The notes beneath the pieces were generated by a model. That model worked only from the letters and a program-made list of their open reading frames with translations. It had not been told where the DNA came from and ran no database searches. Of a stretch of DNA of 49,209 nucleotides, positions 11,650-24,045 are shown piece by piece. Numbering within the stretch: the first letter of the stretch is position 1; each line of letters starts with the position of its first letter. Source of the stretch: Amoebophrya sp. A120 (Eukaryota > Protista > Dinoflagellata); contig CAJINV010000006.1 of assembly GCA_905178155.1 (NCBI GenBank), forward strand, positions 1 to 49,209, given 5' to 3'. The translations under genes and the position numbers were made by a program.

Positions 11650-13745
11650 TTAACGCACAGGTTTTATCAAATGCAAAAATGTCTGGGTCTGGAACATTCT
11701 AAACTTGTGACACTGTCTCTGGATTCCGAAAAAATTTGTATTGCATGACCAGCAAGAGGACTCCAGTTTGTGCCATGCGGAGAGGGTTCCCATGCTGTAG
11801 AGGTATTGCAAAGCGCTGTAAAAATCTGTGATGCTACGGCACGCATCACAGACATCATGGGTCATGGAAAATATGCATGACAAATCTAGAAATCTTACAG
11901 ACCCAGACATTTTTGCAATTGATAGGTTTGAATCTCGCACCCGCGTTCGGTCCATTCATGGTCCTTATCCACCGCAAATCTGTCTGGGCTTGGAACCAAA
12001 ATGCAAGCTTGCAATGCGAACGCTGGGTCACATGAAAATTTGTGTTGCAGCGTGAGTGTGCCGCCTACGAATTGCCCACTTACTGCTGCACAAAAAGCGA
12101 ACCCTCCCCCGTATTGAAGATGCATGATGGGGTAGGAGAAAAACACGGATAACCGGCTTTGCATCATCCAAATAAAGAGGCATGACAAATACGCAAGATC
12201 TACTTCCCGACCCAGACATTTTTGCGTTGGTTATTCTTCTTGGCGTCCTGCAGAGCCTTGCAGCCGACCTCCAGCCTATGCATTGCAAATATGTCTGGGT
12301 CTGGAGAAATGCCAGGTTTGTCATGCATAGTTTCCATGACCGATGACTTTCATGATGCAAGCCCTAGCATCACAGACTCTGCGAAGGCTTTCTGATGCTT
12401 TTACCGCATGAGAAATGCCCTCTCCGGGTAGCAAATACGGATTTTATCGCACATGATCTAAAGGCACCATGACAAGTCGCATCCTTCCAGACGCAGACAT
12501 ATTTGTAGTGGATATAACCATCGCGCGAACAATACCTGCTCTCTATCCTTTGCAAAAACCCCTCCCCCCCCCAACTTTATCATCCAAAGATGCGGGCCCA
12601 AGACGTTTCGCATGCGTAACCCCATGAGGGAATTTGTATATGGTAATTTGAAATTTGTCATGCTACCAGCAGGATAAATTGATCGATCTGTGATACGGCC
12701 GCACCAGCTGACTTTAGGTACTTGCAGCACTGCGATGGCCCGATTGTGCTATGCTAACATCTCCTGTTCCTGTAGTACACAGATAGTGGGGCGGAGGCGT
12801 TCTTCCTCAAGATACTCTTTCTCAGTGTAGTGCTGGTTCGGAGTAGTGTGGCGGTCGCGAAAGGCGGCGTCGCCTGTATGGAAAAATAAAAATGTATACG
12901 GAAAGAAAGTGATAAGCGAGAAAATAAATGATTGCATTTGTCATTCATCAACAGCTCGCCGCTGAGCATAGGTTTATCATGCCTACCGGCTCTATGAGAA
13001 GAACGTCATCTTTGGTGGAACTCATCAACGGAATAATCAAAACTTACAACCCAAGTGCGTTTTCGCCTCCGGCACCGCTGAATCCATCGTTTTGACCACG
13101 TCTTCCAGGAGGCGACAGGACTTCTTGTCTTTTTTTCCCACGTATTCGAACAGATCCCGAATGTACTGTGTTGTTTGGGTGCAAGAGAGGTCTCTTGTTT
13201 CAGAAAAAAATCATACGAAGTAGTAAGCAGAGCTGGAGACGGGGCGAAGCCCTGGTGAAGAAACAAAATAAAGTCCGAACTGGTCGTCGCACCAGGGGCC
13301 CGAAATGTTTTCTTTACCTTCTCCCAGAGCCCGTGCGCACTCACCGGCTCTTCGTGCATCGGAAACATTGTCAACAGCCCTTTGACCATGTACTTGTCGT
13401 CTCCCGACATGCCTGTTTTTTTGGTTTTATCTGATAATAACCAAGTACACCTGCGTTCTCGGGCTCTGTGACAAAGTGACACTATCTTTCAGTTTCGACG
13501 AATTGTACTTATACAATGAGGAAAGGAAATCAGATTACGCATATTATACCGACTTTGATATAACGCTCTGCTGGCCCAGCGCGGGGGCACATGCCGACTC
13601 GGTTCTGCGTATGGTGGTGGGTGTAGCAGAAGTAGGTCAGGATTTCAAGCATCAACTCAGGTCCTCTGTTCTCCGGGATTGTTTGCGTGTAAAGCAAGTC
13701 GGGGTCCAACCCACAGCAGACAGCGAACAAAAGATCGCAAAGCAT
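11650..13745 (-). CDS. Gene P1, unknown protein, paralog of P2; 3' end uncertain
   Basis: Starts MLCDLLFAVCC..PELM..MCPRAG..IKVGI. Later exons splice to GDAAFRDRHTTPNQHYTEKE|QVLFARWL|EVGCKALQDAK. Confidence 0.65.
11665..11924. mobile_element. Introner, family A
   Basis: Family A TIRs; perfect TSD ggttt. Confidence 0.92.
11966..12233. mobile_element. Introner, family A
   Basis: tatccaccgcaaa ... tttgcgttggtta; degenerate TSD gtcct/ttctt. Confidence 0.8.
12277..12514. mobile_element. Introner, family A (opposite orientation to 11665)
   Basis: Family A TIRs; TSD cagcc/taacc. Confidence 0.85.
12544..12814. mobile_element. Introner, diverged family B
   Basis: tatcctttgcaaaaaccc ... ggcgttcttcctcaagata; TSD ctctc/ctctt; removal keeps frame. 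Confidence 0.75.
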
Positions 13746-14011
13746 TTTTCACGTAATATGGGTAGTACGAGAGAAAAAAAAGCTCCAAGATAACGGCGGG
13801 TTTATCCAGCACCGAATTTTATTATACAAAAGAGCTGGCGTCCCCTGCTGTAGCAGGTAAGGACAGGAAGGTTCACGACAAAAAAAGAGCTAGAAAGAGA
13901 CGGCGGAAGACAAGAGCACCGCAATTTTATCATTATGAGTGGCGCTTTATTGTGTCGAATCACTCAAGCTAACGTCGGCTGGGGCCACAGATGCAGGTCG
14001 AAGTCTTTTGA

Positions 14012-14134
14012 TCTCTCTCTCATCCGACGACCCAAAAACCCTTAATCCTGTCTAATGCTCCGTCTCTCTCTCATCCGACGACCCCAAAACCCTTAATCCT
14101 GTCTAATGCTTCGTCTCTCTCTCATCCGACGACC
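14012..14134 (+). repeat. 51-bp tandem repeat (~2.4 copies)
   Basis: tctctctctcatccgacgaccc..aaacccttaatcctgtctaatgct is repeated. Confidence 0.85.
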
Positions 14135-14362
14135 ACACGAGCGACATGCCGACGACTCAAAAACCCGTAGTCCTCTCTTATGCTTCTCGACCCTCTCTGA
14201 TGCTCTTGCAAACGACCAGCAGAACAACGTGCCTTGGAGCTAGACAACTGTTGTGCTCTGCCAGCTGATTTCGCAGAATTTCAAGTAAGGCCTAAAGCTT
14301 CTTTCAAATAAATCAACATTAGTGCCGTTTGAAGCGGTCGGAGAAGTAAGCGAGTTCTTCTA

Positions 14363-14623
14363 TTATTGCTTGTCCATCTCAGCCCGCCGCGCAGCCTCCA
14401 TTTCTTGCCACTGCATCTCCCGTTCTTCATCCCAGGATTGGCCTTGGTCCACCGAAGGGGAACCCACTTCCACGGACGGCGACCTGGCTACGACAGGAGG
14501 AAAGCGCCGTCGGGGCTGTAGGTTCCAGCGCCGTGCCAGGTACTCGTCCTCCGACGGCAAGCCACGCAGTTTGTCCAGCAGGTCGTCCAACCTGTCCCGC
14601 AAACACTGGAACAGCAGGTACAT
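14363..14623 (-). CDS. 86-aa small ORF, copy 1
   Basis: MYLLFQCLRDRLDDLLDKLRG..AEMDKQ*; conserved from start to stop with 19711-19971. Confidence 0.6.
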   Translation of the reverse strand: MYLLFQCLRDRLDDLLDKLRGLPSEDEYLARRWNLQPRRRFPPVVARSPSVEVGSPSVDQGQSWDEEREMQWQEMEAARRAEMDKQ

Positions 14624-15151
14624 GGGCGTGGTGCTATAGACTGGCAGTTGCTTGTTGGTTGTTGTACTTCGATAGATAGAAACAAAAATATCTGTGTGTC
14701 GGCCCCGACGGCACACTCCGTTTAGCTAGAACAATACACTGTGGAAGGACAAGCGAAAATGTTCATTCAGTGGCACACGAAGATCGCTCATTCACTCGGC
14801 TCCAGTGCGACAGTCATGCCGACATCAGAAATTCAGCGTACAAGGAACAACGAAGCCTACCACTGGCGATGCGACCTGATCTTTGGTTCATTCCCTGTAC
14901 ACGTCGAGCCCTCAAACGAATTTCTCTCCTGCTGTCCTCTCTCACAGTACGAAATCAAAATGCAGACGTTGCTTTTTGCGTCGAACACGCGCTGCGCTTT
15001 CACGCTCAACAACGAAGATTCATTTCCAATAAACGGCGCGACTTGGTTTTGTAGCCCACGACGCTTCCAGAGATACCGATCCGCAACTTTTTGGTCTAGT
15101 AGAGGTCTTTTTGCAAGACAAATATCACCCGAGAGGTCGAGGGGCTTGTTC

Positions 15152-15280
15152 TCAAGTTCAGCGATAGTTCAACGAAAGGATATTTTTTCCAGCTGCTAAT
15201 ACTAGGTATTGAGTGCTTTTCAAGTTCAGCGATAGCTCAACGAAAGGATATTTTTTCCAGCTGCTAATACTAGGTATTGA
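15152..15280 (+). repeat. 69-bp tandem duplication
   Basis: tcaagttcagcgatag..ctaatactaggtattga occurs twice. Confidence 0.85.
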
Positions 15281-15599
15281 CAAAAATAAAGGCCTGCTTT
15301 TCTTTATAAGTTCACCAGTATAATGGTGCCTTCACTTCCCCGCAGAAGACTATCAAAAGCGGTCCGCCACCAGAAGCGACTCGAGCAGGAAAGCGAGCCA
15401 CCGGGTGAAGTATTCTTCCACGCCCGTGAGCCCTACGAACCCCGTCGCGGCGTCCGACTGCAACCGGTCCGCAGTCACGATGGCCTGCTCGATAATTTTA
15501 CCTCGATTTGCGTCCTTCTTCGCGAGCTCGCGCAGAGCACGACGGGTCCACTGGGGTTGATGGGTTTTTTTTTCCGCCGAAAATCCTTAATTGATATTT

Positions 15600-16487
15600 C
15601 TAGTTCTGAAAGAAACTTCGAGGTTGTTGTTGGCGAAAAGGTGTAAGAAAGCAGGAGAAATTTACGAGCAAGGCTCGATAAGAAAAATTGTAGAAGCAAG
15701 ACAATACCTCTGCCCACGCCCCAAACGTACACTTTCCCGCGGGCGCCGGGTTGGTGCGCACCGGGCGCAGAAGGGGGTAGAAGAGTCCCATAGACTGTTC
15801 CTGGTCGAATTTAATGCTGTTCGAGATGTCCTCTAGCAGGGGCAACTGGTCTTTCAGAGAGTCTTGATGGAGCTGGATCACTATCAGGTGCAAAAGCGCA
15901 AAAGCGTATCCATCGTATTCAAAGACCTGCCTGTTTGGAACAACTTCATCACAAAAGACCTCCCTGCGATAGTACACAACCTTTGCCAAGAACGGGGTTC
16001 ATGATAGAACAAACTGCCGGCTTTTCTTTGATGCAGATCGCGAAGCAGTACAGACAAGCAAAGAGCTTATGCACTTTTCCTTTCTGATAGTTTCCACGTG
16101 CCGGACAATTCCGATCGCGTGCTTCACCAATGCACCCTATGCATCGCAAATCTGTCTGGGTCTGGAAGAGTGCAACTTGTAATGTCCTTTTTCATTTGTA
16201 ATACAAAAATCTGTCATGTGTGAGAAGCAAAAGCTTTCATTTTTGACCACCCTGAGAGAGGATTTCTATATGCTGAGCAAGCATTGCAATTCTCTCACAT
16301 AACCCGGGATGATGGACTCTGCATTTCAGACCTTCTGGGGCCTGCAAAACCTGCATGACAAACGCTGCGCTTTTCCAGATTCAGACATCTTTTCAAGTCA
16401 TACGCCCTTTGGTATAGCGATTCCGCGAATCGACTCCGGGTGGGCCGGAACACAGCAACTTTCCCAGAAGTTGGGAAGCCCGAACAT
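15600..16487 (-). CDS. Unknown protein, 3 exons
   Basis: Splices to MFGLPNFWESCCVPAHPESIRGIAIPKG|ALVKHAIGIVRHVET|PFLAKVVYYRREVF.. after removing 16138-16402 and the mini-element 16001-16089. Confidence 0.65.
16138..16402. mobile_element. Introner, family A
   Basis: Family A TIRs; TSD caccc/cgccc. Confidence 0.85.
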
Positions 16488-17413
16488 GGTTTTAGTTTTA
16501 GGAAATACTTAGTGCAGCTGCGGAAAAAAAAAAATGTTCGCTATTTTACAGCGACGACGTACTGAAATTTCGTCTAGAGTTCCTCTCACAATGATTTGCA
16601 TTTCATTCTGTCGACTTGGAACGACAGCGATAGATAAATGCAATTCACGCAACACGACACACGATGCGCTCGGTGGCAGCGATTGCGAGTCTCTCATCGA
16701 CACACGGCGAAAATTGCGAGTCTCTCCTCGAGCCTCTCACCGAGTCTCATCTCTAGGCGAAAATGTCATAATTGCAACTCCTCAGACAACCTGCGGGGCA
16801 ATCCGTCACAGCGGCGCGTCACCTGCCCACGATTTGTACGCGAGCATGCCAGAAAAATAAACCTGTAACCACGGGGGGCGACTTAGCTGGCGGGTCAGCA
16901 TGTTCCTTCACTTTCCAACATCAAAAAAAGTTCCAAGCTCAGCAGGTCTGCGAAGGTGGGAAGTGTCGAGTTGTGGACACTGTGAACAAATTCTGATCGA
17001 AAGTAAAGTATTTTCTGACAAAAGCGTGATGACTCGCATTAACGAAAAACCAGCGGTAGGTTGAAGCTATTGTAAAAACAGGGAAGTAAACAAGGGCTAT
17101 CAGGTAAAACAGGTTCGGTAGAAGCTCTGAAACGGAAGTTCTGGAGGTTTTGTAGAGTAACTTCTTGAGTCAATCTCTTTGTACCTAGGTCACCAGTGTA
17201 ACATCCCGCATCTCTTTGTAACTACCCTTTACTTTGGGTAATATCATCATCATCTTCAGATGTTCAGATAAAAAACTCTAGTTTGTAAGTAGGTAGCAAA
17301 GAACTGGAAAATAAGGACACGACGAACATATGGAAATTTTTGGAAGGGGAACCAACACTAAAAACTGTCATCTTTTTTTGTTTCATTTCCTTGCAAGTTC
17401 TACTTGTAAAAGC

Positions 17414-19062
17414 TCAGTCACGGAAAGTCCAGTTCATCCTTGCGTCGACAAACGCGTCGCGACCCGTCTGCAGCCACTGGTGGAAGAGCATCAATATTCA
17501 CTGCAAATATTATGTCTGGGCCTGGAAGATCGCGAGATTTGTCATGGTAGTCTGGCATGAGTCAGAGCTTTGTATGGCGTTCCCACGAAGAGGGTTTTGT
17601 CTCTGTGATGCAAGCACGCTGTTTGTCATGCGTAATATGCAAGAACACAGAGGAGCAGCCGCAAAGAAATCTGTCATGCTTGGTTCATCATTCATTGACA
17701 TGCGTCACAACTTTCCAGACACGTAGATATTCGCAGTGGGTAACGAGTTCCGCATTCCTCCAGTTCTTCTCGCCGTGCGCTAGACGGAATTCCTCCTGAC
17801 CTGTGCCAAAACGTGTGAGAGTGTGGCGGGGCCAGATACACATTAAAGCACGAAAAGTGGGAGAAGTAAAGAAATGGCATGCGAACACAGAGCGCAAGAC
17901 AAACAAATATGAACGCAAAAGTAGTACGGCCAAGGCCCTGGGCTGCTTGCGGCACTAGACGGTCCATGGTCTTCAGCACGGCCTCGGGCTTATCCCACAG
18001 AAAAAAGCAGGCAGGCCAGATTTGTAATGCAGAAACAAATACGCAGAAAAATCTGTCACGGGCGACCTCGTTTCTGCGTATTTATTTTTGCATTACAAAT
18101 CTGAGCTGCCTGCTTTGTTCTGGTCTGATACAGCAACCTTGCTCGGGCCGGGTCCTTCTTCATGAGCCAGCAAAACAATTCCCCGATGAACTGTGATATG
18201 GTTTGTCTTTCCGAGTATCATTTGACTTGCTTCTGTGAGGATAACATCAGTATAGCTTTTCCATATAGCTCGATTCAGAAATAAACCACACAGTGGCTAG
18301 TACGATTAGGGTGAAGATCATGTTAGAAACAAGAAAAAATATTCTACCTCGACCCAAACTGCACACGATTCCTGATACTTGTCCTCCGGAACGCGAGTCA
18401 TGACCTCCTGCACGAGCCAGAGCTGGTGGGAAAACACTGAGTTTTAGGTATAGTGGATACTGAAAAAATATTCTTCCACTGAAATAAAAAAGCTTGCAAA
18501 TAACTTAAGCTGAGTGGTTAGTTCTTACATGCGCCGAGAAGAAACAAGTAGCAAATTTTATCTTCTTATACCGACTTTGATCCGCGCCTGCGCGCGTCCG
18601 GGACGGGGGCACATCTGTACGGTCGTGCGTAGATGTTCGCAAAAAAATATCAGGATTGAGTGCATCAATATCCTGTGCAAAAAAGACGTCCCCGCCCGAT
18701 TGTCAAGATGAGGCCTACGGGGTAAGAAAAACCCAGAAGTTGGGACTTAATCTTGACGAGTTTACTTCTTCTCGTTTAGTGCACGTTATAGCATCACAAA
18801 GCCATCAGCTGATCCTGTAAGCAACCTTCAGAAATGCCAAGGAACTTGGCCAGGAACAATGATGGCGCTCATGGGATCATGTTGGCTATGCGCATTACAC
18901 ATTGGCTCCTGCAGATGTAATGAATCCGCTTGACAACTCTGGGGTCGTGGCGACGTTCTTGCGGAGGATAATTAAATCCGGGGAGCTCAGTGGCGGAATA
19001 GGTTTGGTGCACAGGAGATCACTCTGCGTGGGACAGCACGGAACGAAGAGGAAGTCGAACAT
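17414..19062 (-). CDS. Gene P2, unknown protein, paralog of P1
   Basis: MFDFLFVPCC..PDL|MHSILIFFC..MCPRPG..IKVGI and last exons GQEEFRLAHGEKNWRNAELV|LFHQWLQTGRDAFVDARMNWTFRD*. Middle exons unresolved. Confidence 0.65.
17495..17742. mobile_element. Introner, diverged family A
   Basis: tattcactgcaaatat ... atattcgcagtgggta; TSD eroded, but removal with 5 nt keeps frame. Confidence 0.78.
17991..18130. mobile_element. 140-bp fold-back element with TATC...GATA ends
   Basis: aaagcaggcag..atttgtaatgca..aaatacgcagaaa pairs with tttctgcgtattt..tgcattacaaat..ctgcctgcttt; no clear TSD. Confidence 0.65.
18669..18970. mobile_element. Introner, family B
   Basis: Family B TIRs; TSD atcaa/attaa. Confidence 0.85.
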
Positions 19063-19710
19063 GATGTTTTTGATGCAATACAATTGTTTACAACGAGCTG
19101 TGCTTCACAGGATCACGGACAAAAATATAGTTCTCTTCAATAGATGTAGTTATTGAGCTCTTAGGAATAAAGTTCTGAACGCACGGGTGGAAAGAGGACG
19201 TCTCTAGTAACTGGTAATGGATTCTTGTTGAAAGCGCTTCTCTACTGGTAGTTGCGGATGGAAAAGTCTACTTACAACTGGATGGAAATGTAGAAGACGA
19301 AAAGCGCGATTTTGGTCGTCGCAGCGAGCGCTCACCGATATCACTCAAATTCCTAGCGAGTCGAGGAGGCACGATTTAGATTAAAGTTTGTCTTCCCGGT
19401 CGTATTTCTCTGAAGCGACTGAAGCCGAGACGAATTTGAAATTCCCGATTGTTATACAATTCTTGTAGAGATGACCCGAGCGAGGCCTTTTGCTGCTCCG
19501 GGCTGCAGCAAGGCAAGTGCGCAGAGCTGGCAGCTTCTTTGGCAGAATTTCAAAAGGCAAAAAATTTTCAAAGTGAGTCGCAGCGGCGTTTCCCGTACTC
19601 TGAAAGAAAACGAGGCGAAAAAATGGAGCTCTTGAAGATGTCTTGGGGGGTTTGTAGAAAATGAAAAAATTCATGCTGTTGCAAGCGATCCGAGAAAGCT
19701 TATCATCATC

Positions 19711-19971
19711 CTATTGCCTGTCCATCTCAGCTCGTCGCGCAGCCTCCATTTCTTGCCACTGCATCTCCCGTTCTTCATCCCAGGATTGACCTTGGTCCAC
19801 CGAAGGGGAATCTACTTCCACGGACGGCGACCTGGCTACGACACGAGGAAAGCGCCGTCGGGGCTGTAGGTTCCAGCGCCGTGCCAGGTACTCGTCCTCA
19901 GACGGCAAGCCACGTAGTTTGTCTAGCAGGTCGTCCAGCTTGTCCCGCAAACACTGGAACAGCAGGTACAT
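19711..19971 (-). CDS. 86-aa small ORF, copy 2
   Basis: Differs from 14363-14623 at 4 amino acids, plus several synonymous changes. Confidence 0.6.
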   Translation of the reverse strand: MYLLFQCLRDKLDDLLDKLRGLPSEDEYLARRWNLQPRRRFPRVVARSPSVEVDSPSVDQGQSWDEEREMQWQEMEAARRAEMDRQ

Positions 19972-20824
19972 CTTCGTGTTGTTAACTACCGGCACGCGGC
20001 CTTTGTGACGCGAACTGTTTGTCAGAGAAAAAAAAACGACTTTGAGTTTGTTTTTGGTCGTCCACGAACAGCGCTTGTTCTATGCGGATCTACACTACGT
20101 CAGCGATTTGCAACAGCGAATTATAGATGGGTCAACGACCCTTTCACTCCGAGCGGGGTTTCTGGCTTGTTTCACTCCAACGAAAAAGCGACTCTTTGAT
20201 GCGCAGAAAGCGATAGAACAGGAACTGTTTCAAAGAAGTGGCGCTGCCTGCTTTTCAACAAGCGGGAGGCGTTCACTTTCACGGAAAGGAAAAAATTTCA
20301 TCACAAGCCAAAAATACTGGGAAGAGAAACAACAATCCGCGACAAAGATGTTGTTGGAACAATGAAACGCGCCGTCTCTTCAGCAGAAGTCTCTAGACAG
20401 AGCAGGGGAAACAAACGCTGCAGTAGACCTCAAATTCCTCAAGCGTCGCCGCAGAGAAGTCCGCTGGACGCACCGGCTTGTTGCAATAGCCACTGTAGCT
20501 GGACGGATGCGCGCAGGAGCCATCCCGACGAGATTCCCAACCTTGGGGGCACGCGCTGAAGTTGGGTTGGCAGGGTTGTATGGAGTGGAGAAATGTATTG
20601 CGTCTTTTTCTAGGACAATTTTGATTGTGTTTTTCTTCTGCCGGATCTGCTAGGTTTTACACGTTATCTCTTTACACACCTTCACATCACAGCTGCAAGA
20701 AGCGCATGACAGATTGCGTTCCGCGGAGATGCAATATTTTCTCTTTGCCTAGATTGGTCGCACTGCGCGTTGGCTCTTCCCGAGGCGACGTGTGCCTCTG
20801 CGGCTTTGGCAACGCTCGTCACGG

Positions 20825-21091
20825 TATGCAGTGCAAATACCTCTGGGTCCTCAGGGAAGAAGCTGGTGTCAGTCATGCAGCTTTTGCATAATTACCATCA
20901 CAGCCTGGTGTTCTTGGTACTTACCATGTACGCTGAAGCAGGACAAGTTTCGCAAGGCCTCTCACCAGTGCCCATCCTTTATGAAAAACCCCGTGGACGA
21001 AAGAAGACCACACGACTTTTGAAGCACACTGACGAGCTAGCATCACAAACATGCATCTTTCCAGGCCCAGACATATCATTTAGAATGGATA
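20825..21091. mobile_element. Introner, degenerate family A
   Basis: tatgcagtgcaaatacctctgggtcc ... ccaggcccagacatatc..ggata; TSD not recognisable. Confidence 0.65.
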
Positions 21092-21851
21092 TGCGATGCT
21101 TGCCATCTTGGTGAGGGAAAGTTTCCCGGAGACTGCACGGAGGAAGGAAGCTGCGCCCGCACTCGCACCTGCGACCGGGTAGGCTCCAAGCTTGGTCGGC
21201 GAGCTCACCAGGGCCGCTTTCACCGCGTTGTGCAACTCCCGTTGCTCCGGTGTCTCTCCCACGCTTGCCGATTTGTCAAAGGCCTGGAATATCAGAAGGA
21301 AAAACTCAAGCACTTGCCTGCAATTTGTGATGCTGATGATCCAGTGCCAGCACATTGAAGCACTGGCAGATGCCGCCTCTGGAGCTGAGGCTTTGTTTGT
21401 ATCAAGGTTCATTCTGCTGATTCTTAAAAAAGCATGACGACATCAAGTAGCTGCGCAACTTTGCATTTTTCTCTCTCATATCCGCGCCGGCAATCAGGTC
21501 CCGCTCAATGTCCTTGATGCGGTCGTCGCTCGCAGCGTCACCGGCCGATCCCGGGAGAGAAGCCTCCTGCGGGGGAGCCCCGGCTGGCCCCGCGCCGCCC
21601 ATCAGCGAGCTGATCATGCCTGCCGCGCGATCTGCGGAGGTGGTAGCGACGGATCCGGTTTCCGAGTAGGCACCGGCGCCGGCTTGACCCATGGAGGGAT
21701 CGGAGGCCGCATCCGGCACCCCAGCCGACGTGCCGCTACCGCCCGGCCGGTGCGCGCCTCCGCCTCCGATCACACTGCCTGGCGCGTCCTTGCGGAGTTT
21801 CAACGACAGCGTGGTGGCCACCAGGCAGAAGTGGAAAATGCGCGAAGACAT
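21092..21851 (-). CDS. Putative secreted Gly/Ala-rich protein (multi-exon, 3' end unresolved)
   Basis: Signal-peptide-like N-terminus MSSRIFHFCLVATTLSLKLRK, then a low-complexity region, DDRIKDIERDL.., and a second exon AFDKSASVGETPEQRELHNAVKAAL.. Confidence 0.6.
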
Positions 21852-22169
21852 AGTTTTGGTTGAGAAGATTTTGTTGCTTGAGGAAAAAACAAGAATTGCA
21901 CTGTCCTAGGTCGTATTGAAAGCAAGCACTTTGTTGATACGGTCGCCGGGCCTGCACGTGAAGATGCACTCAACGATAACTCTCTATTGACGAGAAAAAA
22001 AGGGTGACGAGACAGCCATACGACGCTCAAACACTCTCAGATCAAAGGACACGCTTGAACAACTTTGCGCTCTGGGTTGTAGCGTGGCAGCTCTGGCGTG
22101 TCGAGACGCTCAAACTGGCTATCAACGGACAAAATGGTCGACAAAAGTGGCACTCGCATAGCAAATGAC

Positions 22170-22455
22170 GCTCGGCCGCTCTCAAATGCAGGGCGATGGG
22201 GGTAGGATTGTTCTCTCTGGGCGCCAGCCTTTGAAGGGGCTTTAGCCTCATGAGGCTCAGGCGTTTTGGCAGTAGCTGGAACGAAAAAGGTATTGTCTGC
22301 GTCAGATCGCGTGCTCGGCCGCTCTCAAATGCAGGGCGATGGGGGTAGGATTGTTGTCTCTGGGCGCCAGCCTTTGAAGGGGCTTTAGCCTCATGAGGCT
22401 CAGGCGTTTTGGCAGTAGGTGGAACGAAAAAGGGATTGTCTAGGTCAGATCGCGT
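22170..22455 (+). repeat. 143-bp tandem duplication adjacent to the 190-bp array
   Basis: gctcggccgctctcaaatgcaggg..gtcagatcgcgt occurs twice. Confidence 0.9.
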
Positions 22456-22559
22456 GTCACATGGACGCTACGAGGTTTGCATGACATGCAGGGCGGACGC
22501 TAGCAACTTCCTGCCATTGTTGACGACGCGACAAAAAAAAGCAAAAAGACGGAACCGCG

Positions 22560-24045
22560 CAAACCGGCGCGGCCGGTTTTGCGGCTCCGCAAGTACATAG
22601 ACCCCTCACTGGAACAGGCACGGACATCCGGAGCCCCGAAAGATTCAACGCGCGCCGGGACTGACGAAGGCAGGCGCTGCCATCATTGACCACGCGGGCC
22701 AAAACAGAAAGCAGACGGCGACAAGCGCCGGCCGTTTGGTTCTTGTGCGCAAATCGGCGTGGCCGGTTTTGCGGCTCCACAAATACATACACCCCTCACC
22801 CGAAAAAGCATGGACATCCGGCGCCCCGAAAGATTCAACGCGCGCCGGGACTGACGAAGGCAGGCGCTGCCATCATTGACCACGCGGGCCAAAACAGAAA
22901 ACAGACGGCGACAAGCGCCGGCCGTTTGGTTCTTGTGCGCAAATCGGCGTGGCCGGTTTTGCGGCTCCACAAATACATACACCCCTCACCCGAAAAAGCA
23001 TGGACATCCGGCGCCCCGAAAGATTCAACGCGCGCCGGGACTGACGAAGGCAGGCGCTGCCATCATTGACCACGCGGGCCAAAACAGAAAACAGACGGCG
23101 ACAAGCGCCGGCCGTTTGGTTCTTGTGCGCAAATCGGCGTGGCCGGTTTTGCGGCTCCACAAATACATACACCCCTCACCCGAAAAAGCATGGACATCCG
23201 GCGCCCCGAAAGATTCAACGCGCGCCGGGACTGACGAAGGCAGGCGCTGCCATCATTGACCACGCGGGCCAAAACAGAAAACAGACGGCGACAAGCGCCG
23301 GCCGTTTGGTTCTTGTGCGCAAATCGGCGTGGCCGGTTTTGCGGCTCCACAAATACATACACCCCTCACCCGAAAAAGCATGGACATCCGGCGCCCCGAA
23401 AGATTCAACGCGCGCCGGGACTGACGAAGGCAGGCGCTGCCATCATTGACCACGCGGGCCAAAACAGAAAACAGACGGCGACAAGCGCCGGCCGTTTGGT
23501 TCTTGTGCGCAAATCGGCGTGGCCGGTTTTGCGGCTCCACAAATACATACACCCCTCACCCGAAAAAGCATGGACATCCGGCGCCCCGAAAGATTCAACG
23601 CGCGCCGGGACTGACGAAGGCAGGCGCTGCCATCATTGACCACGCGGGCCAAAACAGAAAACAGACGGCGACAAGCGCCGGCCGTTTGGTTCTTGTGCGC
23701 AAATCGGCGTGGCCGGTTTTGCGGCTCCACAAATACATACACCCCTCACCCGAAAAAGCATGGACATCCGGCGCCCCGAAAGATTCAACGCGCGCCGGGA
23801 CTGACGAAGGCAGGCGCTGCCATCATTGACCACACGGGCCAAAACAGAAAGCAGATGGCGACAAGCGCCGGCCGTTTGGTTCTTGTGCGCAAATCGGCGC
23901 GGCCGGGTTTGCGGCTCCGCAAGTACATAGACCCCTCACCCGAAAAAGCACGGACATCCGGCGCCCCGGAAGATTGAACGCGCGCAGGGACTGACGAAGG
24001 CAGGCGCTGCCATCATTGACCACGCGGGCCAAAAAAGAAAAGATA
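22560..24045 (+). repeat. 190-bp GC-rich satellite, ~7.8 copies
   Basis: cattgaccac recurs every 190 bp (22684-24014). Central copies are identical and edge copies diverged. Confidence 0.97.

Noticed and set aside
22560-24045. 190-bp array as an SL RNA, 5S or snRNA gene array
   Set aside because: No recognisable SL, 5S or snRNA sequence by eye; an Rfam scan would settle it.
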